Shown here piece by piece: positions 53,955 through 64,000 of a stretch of DNA of 64,000 nucleotides; the first letter of the stretch is position 1; every line of letters starts with the position of its first letter. The position numbers were made by a program, and so were the translations under genes. The stretch covers positions 1,408,001-1,472,000 of the forward strand of contig BK006938.2 in NCBI GenBank assembly GCA_000146045.2, written 5' to 3'. This DNA comes from TPA_inf: Saccharomyces. Its lineage: Eukaryota. The notes below the pieces were generated by a model. The model saw nothing but the letters and a program-made list of their open reading frames with translations, was not told the DNA's origin and ran no database searches.

Positions 53955-54060
53955 TAGGCAGATATTCTTATATGCTTGAGTGGAACTTCTAGCATATTCA
54001 GTATACTTGATATTAAAGCCTTTAACAACAATTAATGTTCGGAAAATTAAACTGTTACAT
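53955..54060 (+). mobile_element. Degenerate solo delta (Ty1/Ty2 LTR) fragment upstream of tRNA-Leu
   Basis: GATATTCTTATATGCTTGAGTGGAACTTCTAGCATATTCAGTATACTTGATATTAAAGCCTTTAACAACAAT resembles the 3' third of the delta consensus (GGATTCCTATATCCTCGAGGAGAACTTCTAGTATATTCTGTATACCTAATATTATAGCCTTTATCAACAATGG). It is truncated and diverged. A position roughly 130-250 bp upstream of a tRNA gene is typical for Ty1 integration. Confidence 0.45.
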
Positions 54061-54357
54061 AATTTATGTTTAGCTCTTACTTTAATCCCAAAGAGGGCAA
54101 ATAGCTTTTAAATCTTCAACTACTATAACTATAACTACTTTTCTTTCATATATAGTTAGAAAAACAAACGGTTATACAAATAGTAATCAACACGATATTT
54201 TAAGGGTAAATATAATAGTACATAGAGTCCAGTACCTCCATTAGATTGTTATTTAAAGTATTAATACGGAGGGGAAAAAATAAGCAAAAATAATATGAGC
54301 GAAATATTATGGCAGAACAAAACGAAGGAGACAAAACATGATTGCATTACATTAGCA

Positions 54358-57300
54358 CTATTTTTGTAGAACGCCTTCCTTATTCAGGACGTTCTCAACT
54401 TCATTGACCAACTTTTTGACAGCTTTGAATGAACCAGAAACTTTCTTGAACTGCACAACGCTCATCTTACCTCTCGGATAAATATTAACCTCAAAGAGTG
54501 TTGAACGTAGTGAGAATATATTATCACTCGATAGTTTACCCGTTAAGGTCAGATTGTTGGGGTGCGATTTTATATTTTTTAAACCATACTGAGTCCAACC
54601 ACGCAACAGCTTCTCTAAACCATTAAACAATTGTTTTGCAGAAATCTTGGCATACAATTCCATTGTTTTGTCCGAAGATTTTGAGAATTTTCTAAAGAAG
54701 GAACCATTTCCAATTGCTGTATTTTTATCCTGCTTATGCTCTTTTAAGTGATCTTTTGAATGATCCTTTGCCTGCGAGCCAGCATTTTTTTCCCTAATTT
54801 TTTGCACAGATTTGTTCAATGGTGGCTCCATATCATCTACTACTTTCTCTCTTTTTTCTTGATCCTCTTCTTGTTTGTGTTGTTCTGGCTTTTTCTCTTC
54901 CTTTTCCTCATTTTCTTCTTCCTTTTCAGTATGTGAAGAAGAGCCTGATTCTGGTATCATCGATTTAATCTTTGGATGTGCCTGGTCACCCTCTTGGCTA
55001 TTCTGTTTACGCAATTCATTGTCACCATTAAGCGGAGGAAGGATCGGAAGATGTAAGTTATCAGTTTGTTTCGCTTCGTTCGATCCATTAAAACGATCTG
55101 CAAAGTTCAGCTTTAACGCGGATTTGTCTTTGATAGTGGAATCACCGACATCGTACAATCTCTCATCGTTCGAACTATTTCCTGTATATTCAGCTTCTTC
55201 GTTGACAGTTTCAAAAAGAAATTCTGAATCATCCGCACTTCTTGGTGTTGGAATTCTTTGGCTTTGTTGGTTATTGACATCAAGGTTACCGTTTTTCAAA
55301 ATATCAACCAAGTTGGTAAACGACTCCTTGGTAGAGTACATCGACAGGACAGATAGCCTTTTATTGGACTCACTAAAATGCCTTGATTTTCTAGTAAATT
55401 GTGGTACTCTAATTTCAGAGATCTTCCTCAACCTACCATCAGAGACGGGAGCAGTTGTTGCGGTACTATCCTTTAATTGAGATACGCCATTCCCATCCTT
55501 CGGGAGGATCAAAGATTCATATCCATCATTAGAATCTGACACCACTCGCTCCTCTGACAATCTTTGTGGTGCAATTATACTTGGATATTCCATTTTAGAC
55601 AATTTCAACTCTTTATCGATATTAAATGATGAACCCAAGAATTTTGATCTTCTGATAGTTTCTAAAATTTTCTTTTCTGTTGTAAGTCTTTCATTTTCTG
55701 TTCTCTTTGGTTCCACTGGACTTACTTCCTCAGTTGGACTGGAGAACATTATACCCGGATCAAGCCTTGACACAGGTCTAGTTTGTAAAGAAAAGTTGCG
55801 GCGACGGAGAATATTGTCAATATCAACCTCCAAATGATTGATATTTTTCTCTTCATTTTCCATAGGAGCAGAGATAGATCTAATATTACCATCCAGTTTT
55901 TCCTCTTTGTGTTTGGACAGCTCTTGCTCTAGATCACTTATATCAATTTCAATTTGCTTCTTGAGTTCCTCCTGTTTTCTTTTCAGATCTTCCTTTTCTA
56001 GTAATTTTCTTGCACGTTCTTTTTCTTCTTGTTTACGTCTTCTACGTTCCAGCTCTTCACGTGCTTTTGCTTCTCTCACTTTACGTTCTAGCTCTTCCTT
56101 CTCTTTCCTTATTTGTTCGTACTTTTCGTACTCAAAAATTTCATCTATCAAAGTTGCAAAATTTGAGCTCGTTCTCTTTGTTTCCTTCTCAATGTATTCC
56201 CAATCGTCATCCTCTGCCAATTTCGCATATGTTGACATTAATTTTGTTGTCACCGATTCACGTTTCATGCTTGGTATCAATGACATTCTCTTGATAGATC
56301 TAGAAGATCTTTTGTTCTTCTTGGTAGTAGAAAAGATAGAGGCTCTTTTTTGATTCTTTTCCACATTTATAACCGAAGCTCTTTTATTACGTGATGCTGG
56401 TGTTGGAGAAGATTGGTTAACGATTGTAGATAATTTCTTCTTTGAAGAGAAGTTTTTTGAAAGGCGTTTTGAAGAACCGGGTGTAGTTAGATTGCTGGAG
56501 GAGGCACTGGAGGCAGTGAATTTGTTGAAGGATATTGGCTTTTTACGAGAAGATGTTACACTAATTAAAGATTCTCTATTTCTTCTGCGTTGTGGAGTTG
56601 TCGATACTTTTTTAGATGGGGAAACAGAAACGCTACTAATTGACTGCCTCTTCTTAACTTGCTGTTGCTTAATAAGCTCTTTTTGAGTGTCACACTTAAA
56701 TCTATACAGTAGTGCATATAATGTCTTTTCTGCATTAGCGCCAGGTTCTCTTAGTTTTTCCTTAATTCCTTCAGGATCTCTTCCATGCCATAATATTACT
56801 AAATTTTGCAAAATCGTAGCGTCAATAGAAGAATTACTTTCTGATAATGGCGTGAGATATGTGTCTTCTCTTGGTAAGCCTCTAATACTTTTAGAATCTC
56901 TTATACTTGGATATTTTTGTAATAGCGGATGTTTGAGTATATCTCTGGTCTTGATTCTTCTTTCAGGATCAACGGTTAAGATTTTTCTAATCAAATCCTG
57001 AGCTTCACGCGAAATTTCATCATCAGAAGGCATTTCGAACTCACCTTTTTGAACTTTAAGTAATAGTGTTCTTATATTTCCATCTTCCTCGTCAAAGGGT
57101 AACCGACCAGTAAGAAGGGCGAATAGGATCACACCGCATGACCACACATCACTTGCGAAACCTTGATACGGTATACCAGATACAATTTCTGGTGCAGCAT
57201 AATGTGGTGATCCGCACGACGTCTCCAGTAGCTTTCCTTCAGTTTCCAAAGCAGCCATACCAAAATCTGCAATCTTGATGTTATATTTATGATCTAATAA

Positions 57301-57786
57301 TAGATTTTCCGGTTTTAGATCACGATGGACAATACCCAACGCATGACAGTACGACACACCAATAATAATTTGTCTAAAAAACCTGATAGCTTCATGCTCT
57401 GGCAGAGGACCTCTCTCAACCAATAAGTTGAACAACTCACCTTTCTCCGCGTATTCTAAAACAAGGTATAAATCTGTATTTGTTTCCCAGACATCATATA
57501 AACGTAACACATTTGGGTGGTTTAACAACTTCATAATGATTATTTCGCGTTCTATACCATATGGTAGAGCATCTGGGGTGGTGGAGCCAACAATCGAAGT
57601 ACCGCTGACATTACCGGTATTGAATACTGCTTTTGATATTACCTTAACTGCCGCCTCTTGTCCTGTGGATCCATTACGAGCAAGCTGGACTTTACCAGTG
57701 CTCCCTAGACCGAGAGTTTCACCTAGTTTCCATGGACCGATGGTATTATCCTTTATGGCAGGAATACTGTTACCATTGATTGCCAT
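54358..57786 (-). CDS. GIN4: GIN4, Nim1-family septin-regulating serine/threonine kinase (1142 aa)
   Basis: N-terminal kinase domain (GLGSTGKVQLA, HRDLKPENLLLD, DFGMA, SPHYAAPE), a long S/K-rich linker with a K/E/R coiled coil, and a C-terminal KA1-like domain. Length is exactly 1142 aa. Confidence 0.95.
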   Translation of the reverse strand: MAINGNSIPAIKDNTIGPWKLGETLGLGSTGKVQLARNGSTGQEAAVKVISKAVFNTGNVSGTSIVGSTTPDALPYGIEREIIIMKLLNHPNVLRLYDVWETNTDLYLVLEYAEKGELFNLLVERGPLPEHEAIRFFRQIIIGVSYCHALGIVHRDLKPENLLLDHKYNIKIADFGMAALETEGKLLETSCGSPHYAAPEIVSGIPYQGFASDVWSCGVILFALLTGRLPFDEEDGNIRTLLLKVQKGEFEMPSDDEISREAQDLIRKILTVDPERRIKTRDILKHPLLQKYPSIRDSKSIRGLPREDTYLTPLSESNSSIDATILQNLVILWHGRDPEGIKEKLREPGANAEKTLYALLYRFKCDTQKELIKQQQVKKRQSISSVSVSPSKKVSTTPQRRRNRESLISVTSSRKKPISFNKFTASSASSSNLTTPGSSKRLSKNFSSKKKLSTIVNQSSPTPASRNKRASVINVEKNQKRASIFSTTKKNKRSSRSIKRMSLIPSMKRESVTTKLMSTYAKLAEDDDWEYIEKETKRTSSNFATLIDEIFEYEKYEQIRKEKEELERKVREAKAREELERRRRKQEEKERARKLLEKEDLKRKQEELKKQIEIDISDLEQELSKHKEEKLDGNIRSISAPMENEEKNINHLEVDIDNILRRRNFSLQTRPVSRLDPGIMFSSPTEEVSPVEPKRTENERLTTEKKILETIRRSKFLGSSFNIDKELKLSKMEYPSIIAPQRLSEERVVSDSNDGYESLILPKDGNGVSQLKDSTATTAPVSDGRLRKISEIRVPQFTRKSRHFSESNKRLSVLSMYSTKESFTNLVDILKNGNLDVNNQQSQRIPTPRSADDSEFLFETVNEEAEYTGNSSNDERLYDVGDSTIKDKSALKLNFADRFNGSNEAKQTDNLHLPILPPLNGDNELRKQNSQEGDQAHPKIKSMIPESGSSSHTEKEEENEEKEEKKPEQHKQEEDQEKREKVVDDMEPPLNKSVQKIREKNAGSQAKDHSKDHLKEHKQDKNTAIGNGSFFRKFSKSSDKTMELYAKISAKQLFNGLEKLLRGWTQYGLKNIKSHPNNLTLTGKLSSDNIFSLRSTLFEVNIYPRGKMSVVQFKKVSGSFKAVKKLVNEVENVLNKEGVLQK

Positions 57787-58452
57787 TTTGAATGTTATTA
57801 TTGTATTGTGCTGCGAATATCTTTCTTGATCAAAGTGGGCAATTAATTATTCACAAGTCTGCTAAAGCCTTCGAGAATACTAATGGTGAGTACAGTTGAG
57901 ACGTTGTCGACAGAAGAGAAAGCAAAACAAAATAGAAAAGAAAATCAAGAAGAAATAAAAAATGTGTGCACTTCATTCAGTCGCTTTTAATTTAACATCA
58001 AAAGGAATCTATGGTGTGGCCGTTGATATTTCGCGATGGTATGCCGAAAAAGGAAATAACGCAGATTGCGCGTAGTAACGAATGGATTTGACGCGTTTCC
58101 TTCGATGAAAAGTGGGAAATAATAATAAAAAATTCTTGTCAGACGAAACTTGGCGCAAAACAAATGATTTCTTTACCTTGAATAACCCAGTTCTTCCAGT
58201 GAAGTGAAGTTCAAGTTAGTAATAGTAGGAATGCATTTATGTGATGACAATGATGTTTGCACAAAGTACATAGAATATTTAAAGAGTTAAATAGTATAAT
58301 GAAATAAGAAATACATGAATGAGGGGGACGGGAGAATGAAAGGAAAGAGATAAAACAGGAAGAGCGTGTAGGAAGGCTGGGATTTGAAATAATATGCTAA
58401 TTGAATTGTTTCTTCAAGTTTTTTTTTTTTTTTTTGAATCGTGATTTCTGCT

Positions 58453-60444
58453 TTAACACCAGAAATCAAGAACTCTTTTCCAGTATGGTCCGTTTCTTAA
58501 TCTCTCTTTATATTCTTCATCTTCTTGTTTTAATAATTCTTCATCAAAGATGTTTCTATGAGAAACTAAGTCTACTTTATCAGCGGGAATGAATAAACTC
58601 CAATCTTTTTTCCAAACTTTGTAAAAGATGTATAAAGCAATCCAGATTGGCATAGCCAAATAATTCTCAAAAAATGATTGGGCACTTAACTTACCTCCTC
58701 CACCAATTGGGGCAATGGCAACCCAAAATTGGGCGATTAAAGCTAACACCATCATAAGGACAGCGTAAGCCGACCCCCAGACACCGACTTGAGATTTATA
58801 ACCAACCTCTCCTAAGGACCTTCCTTGCACTTTCATAGCTCTTCTAAACCTAATGTGAGACAAACAAATGGTAATCCACGTGAATAATTGAGACAAACCG
58901 GAGATTGCTAACAACCAGGTGAAAACGTCCTCTTCCTTTTTAGATGAGGCACAGAATGCAATGACACCAAATAATGCACTGACAAGCATAGCAGCAGCAG
59001 GTCTACCTTCCCTATCGATGTAATCGAAACATTTGGGTGCATTACCTTGTTTGGCCAACGACATCAAAATACGAGAACTGGTATAGAAGGCACCGTTAGC
59101 AACGGAAAGAACAGACAACAGGATGACAGCGTTTATGAAATGAGGAACCACACGAACACCATGAGAGGAGACAGCGATGACGTAGGGCGACGCTTTAGTG
59201 GCTGAACCTGCGGCCCCTAGCAATTGATCTGAGGTGTAAGGTACAAGGAAACCAACTAACGTTAAAGACGCCAAGAACACAAACAGAATTCTATAAATCA
59301 TTTTCTTTGCCGCCGATGGAATAGCCTTTCTTGGATTGGATTGTTCACTGGCAGTCATAGCCAGCTGTTCACTCATACCAAAGGCGAACGCTGCTGTGAC
59401 AAATGTGGCAACGACACCTTTGAACCTCTGGATGGGTGTATCACCACGGAAGGCTCCGGGATCACGCCAATATTTGCTACCTATGTAACCATCGGTACCT
59501 GCACCACCACAATCAATAATAATGGCGAGAATGAAAAATCCAACTATCATCAGAATTTTACAACAATTGAAGAAGAAATCTGCCTCTGCATAACCCTTAG
59601 CTCCAAAAACGTTGATAACAACGATTAGTACGTAGAAGATAACAACGAAAACATCCGGGTTCACAGATGTCGTCCAATATTTGATAGTCATGGATGCAGT
59701 GACCAATTCTAGAGGACAAACACATAGCCATTGTAAGCAAAAAAGCCAAGCAACAGAAAAGCCAAGTGCAGGGTCGACCAAAAACAAAGGATATGTATTA
59801 AATCCACCAATCAAATCACTGTATATAACCGCTAATTCACCACAAGCTTGAATAATACAGTAAACACAACTACCCATAATAGCATAACCAATGATCAAAC
59901 CACCCGGACCTGCATTGTTCAAAACTTTGGAGTTACCGACCAGCAAACCAGTACCAATACCAGTCCCTAGGGACATCATCACCGTATGACGGGGCTTTAT
60001 ACTCTTTTTCAAATTTTCTTGTTTCTGTTCTTGTTCTTGTGGTGACTGTTTAATACCATCAACAGTGATGTATGAGCTCTTCCGATTCAACTCATTGTCC
60101 AATTGAGAGCTGGAATCTTTTGTGGATATAGGAGTAGTCCCATTAGAGTTGCTCGAGTCTGGGGAATTTGCATGCGAGCCTTCCGCTCTTCTAAACGAGT
60201 CAATGAACCTCCGTAAGTAAGATGCATGATGTTCACCTTCATATTCCATATTTTCAATGGTTTTTTCCACTGTTTTTTCAAAATATTCTACTTCATTTTC
60301 CGGTTCTATAGAGCCAATTTGTTTTTCCTTTGGTTGTATTTCCTTCATCTCGTAATGGGAAACATCGTCAAGGTCGTTACGATTCATATTCATATTAGAG
60401 CTTCCCTCATTATTCCGCCCATGGCGTCTATTACCAAGCGTCAT
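58453..60444 (-). CDS. GNP1: GNP1, high-affinity glutamine (broad-specificity) amino-acid permease, APC/AAP family (663 aa)
   Basis: 12-TM amino-acid permease signatures ([30 protein letters not shown]). The track ORF starts at a TTG. The ATG at 60442-60444 ([21 protein letters not shown]) gives 663 aa. Confidence 0.93.
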
Positions 60445-61297
60445 AATGTGCAATATTTGATATTATATAAGCTACTTGAGAAAGCGATAGTTTTTTTTTC
60501 TTACACAAAAAAAAAAAAACATAAAGCACCTATAACTCTCAACTTTGAAGAAGCACGAAAGGAATATGTTTAAATCAACAGAAATGTGAAAAAAATCGGT
60601 TATATATACAGAATCCGATTCTTTCTAACATCAAAGAGGTGGGGGAAGAAGGGACTCAAAAAAGAAACGACACTGCACAACCCGAGCCAAACTGACATAC
60701 GAACACTAAAACCGATTTCCGAAAAAAACTTCAAATTTACATTTCATTGTCCGTCTGCCATCGCATCATCGCCTTCATCTCTAAGAGTTGCCGTGCCTTT
60801 CCATCCGCTTTCTTTTCATGCGGCGTTATTCTTTTTTCCTATTTTTGATGGTCCCTGTGCCGTTTCTTTTTCATGTTCACCGGTTTTTGGCGCCGCATAC
60901 CGTACGGCGGGGCACTTTTGAAACGTTTTTGTGCATCCTGATGCCGTTTTCAAGGATCGCAAGCACGTCGCATAATACGGTAATGCCGAATTAAGGCTAC
61001 GTCGTCATAGTAGGTTAGTCATGCGCGTTGGAAAAAGAAATGACCAACGCGTTGATTACGTAGTCCCCAAGGAATAATGCTTTTGAAAGTGAAAAAAAAA
61101 AATAAAACTGAAAAAAGCCATGCTGTTTCCATCACGTGCATGTCACGTTTTTGCCGCCGAACTCTTTGATCATGTGATATGAATATGTTGGGTTACCCAG
61201 CTTTGCCAACACGCGCCGTCGGAAGGTGTTCAGGAAGCAGGAAAAGAGCAAAACACCAACAATCAAACAAACGAACACATTCTACTCTTTTAGTTGA

Positions 61298-61705
<408 letters not shown>

Positions 61706-62016
61706 GACTCTTAACAATGCCTAAAAAACGCCAACAAACCTCTCCCTTCCCCCCACCCACCAAAAAATACCATAGTAATGAAAAAACTAAATAATTCATA
61801 TTATATAACATAGTATTAATATATGTTCGACAAGAATAGTTTTGTCCACGCCTCTTTCCCAGCTGATGCGGAGGAAGTGCTTTTCGCCATGTTATTAACC
61901 AGTACGCTAGCTTTTGTTCTTAATTAAAGAAAAAAAACTATCTCCGTTAAATGAGCAAGTATTAAAGAAGCATTCTTTCACGACGTGCCACAGAGAACTT
62001 CCCGTCTTCATTCACC

Positions 62017-62418
62017 ATGAACAACAAGCTCATATATCGTTCGGTTAGATTTGCAACCCATAACAGCCAGCTTTTACTTCCACCTTTGGTTCTCTACAGA
62101 AGGATACTAAGGCAGCATAAGCTGCTACCTGGTCCCCAAAGGGAGATGGGTGACCAATACGTGCGAAACGAGTTCAAGTTGCACAAAGATATCGATAACC
62201 CGTTGCATATAGTCGGCTTTTTAGCTTCCTGGCAAGATTATCTCCACATGATTTCCAACGGTAAATGGAAAGATGCCACTTTATCTTCGGAAACCCTGGA
62301 GAAACTATCCCCTGAGCAAACAGTTCAACTGTATGAATTGATGAAGGAAACACAGAAACTTCACCAAGACAATGAAATAGAATCAAGTAAGGACGTGAAG
62401 CGGAACAACAAGGATTAG
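62017..62418 (+). CDS. SDH7: SDH7/ACN9, LYR-family succinate dehydrogenase assembly factor (133 aa)
   Basis: 133-aa [41 protein letters not shown]... with an LYR-like motif. It matches YDR511W. Confidence 0.9.
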   Translation: MNNKLIYRSVRFATHNSQLLLPPLVLYRRILRQHKLLPGPQREMGDQYVRNEFKLHKDIDNPLHIVGFLASWQDYLHMISNGKWKDATLSSETLEKLSPEQTVQLYELMKETQKLHQDNEIESSKDVKRNNKD

Positions 62419-62499
62419 TGTTCGTCTTTTTATTGCGCTTGTAAATAAGAAATCCATATACTATATAGTACACATGCTAAAAAAAAAAAGCTAAAAATC

Positions 62500-63448
<949 letters not shown>

Positions 63449-63547
63449 TTTAAATTACGCTAATATCCCCTTCATAATATTTACATATATATATCTTTTA
63501 TTATCTATATCTTAAATCACATATACCTACAAAACTTCTAGCTAGAT

Positions 63548-64000
63548 TCACACAAGAGTACTTTTGAAGGCTGCGCGTGCATTTTGAAACCAATGAGACC
63601 CGCTAAATTCCGTCTGAGGTACAAGATCCCTCGGCTTCTTTCTTCCCTTATCATCAACTTTCGGTTTGCTATTATTGGCATTCATCACACTTAGCACGTA
63701 CGACATTGGCAAAATTTTGGGTTCGTCCGCCTCACGCTTAAACCATTCTCTTATCCTATATCCCATTGTTTCTAAATCATCTGCCCCAATTTGCTTTCTA
63801 AAGTTATAATCTCCTAACTTCAGCATCAGGAGCAACGTGTAATATGCATCATTGCCTGCGTTATGTAAGAAGGCATGTGGCAAGTGAAAAAGCCTTAGTA
63901 GTTTACCTAAACTGCTACCCTTCTTGCCATAACACATGCTATAAATTTTCTCTGTGTCAAGCATCTTAACATGTTTTCTAACACCTTTGCTCTCCGTTGA
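63548..64000 (-). CDS. YDR514C: YDR514C, C-terminal portion; N-terminus lies beyond the window end
   Basis: Reverse-strand open frame ...MLDTEKIYSMCYGKKGSSLGKLLRLFHLPHAFLHNAGNDAYYTLLLMLKLGDY...KSTLV* stops at 63548. HNAGNDAYYT is an exonuclease-like motif. The track shows only the internal-Met fragment. Gene order (after GRX2) indicates YDR514C. Confidence 0.7.
   Translation of the reverse strand, partial: STESKGVRKHVKMLDTEKIYSMCYGKKGSSLGKLLRLFHLPHAFLHNAGNDAYYTLLLMLKLGDYNFRKQIGADDLETMGYRIREWFKREADEPKILPMSYVLSVMNANNSKPKVDDKGRKKPRDLVPQTEFSGSHWFQNARAAFKSTLV

Noticed and set aside
54875-56353. 201-aa and 171-aa plus-strand ORFs antisense to GIN4
   Set aside because: Low-complexity S/L/F-rich antisense frames created by the K/E/R-rich GIN4 linker; they have no independent start context and no similarity to any known protein.
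60226-60921. Plus-strand ORFs of 115 aa (60226..60573, overlapping the GNP1 N-terminus; corresponds to dubious YDR509W) and 111 aa (60586..60921) in the GNP1 5' region
   Set aside because: They overlap a well-supported gene on the opposite strand or lie in its promoter. They are Phe/Ile-rich low-complexity with no similarity to known proteins, so they are likely non-coding.

Overview
This window is a gene-dense stretch of Saccharomyces cerevisiae nuclear DNA, and I see no convincing novel system in it. I recognised it from the encoded proteins: SNF1 with its N-terminal poly-His tract, PHO8, KRE2, SAM2, GIN4, GNP1, SMT3 and GRX2 all appear in the order of chromosome IV right arm, YDR475C to YDR514C. 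From memory, and not checked against any database, this is roughly chrIV:1,408,001-1,472,000. I support 35 complete protein-coding genes plus two partial ones at the window edges (JIP4 at the start, YDR514C at the end). There is one intron-containing ribosomal-protein gene, RPL37B, with a 7-nt first exon. There is one intron-containing tRNA-Leu(CAA), and a degenerate Ty1/Ty2 delta LTR remnant sits beside it. Genes on both strands are packed roughly 1.7 kb apart, with short divergent promoters and convergent 3' ends. I found no CRISPR arrays, operons, rRNA or prokaryotic features. The ORF track appears to accept TTG/GTG/CTG as starts, so several listed ORFs carry spurious N-terminal extensions. 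I trimmed these to the in-frame ATG that gives the protein length I recall. The observations worth a second look are regulatory motifs at expected positions: a Pho4 CACGTG at -532 of PHO8 lying inside CWC21, CACGTG plus an ICRE upstream of SAM2, and a Rap1-like site plus SCB/MCB motifs in the RPL37B/PLM2 divergent promoter. Others are the PSP1 stop directly abutting the SPG3 ATG, the overlapping EMI1/GRX2 5' ends, an upstream in-frame ATG in VPS72, and several low-complexity or microsatellite tracts.
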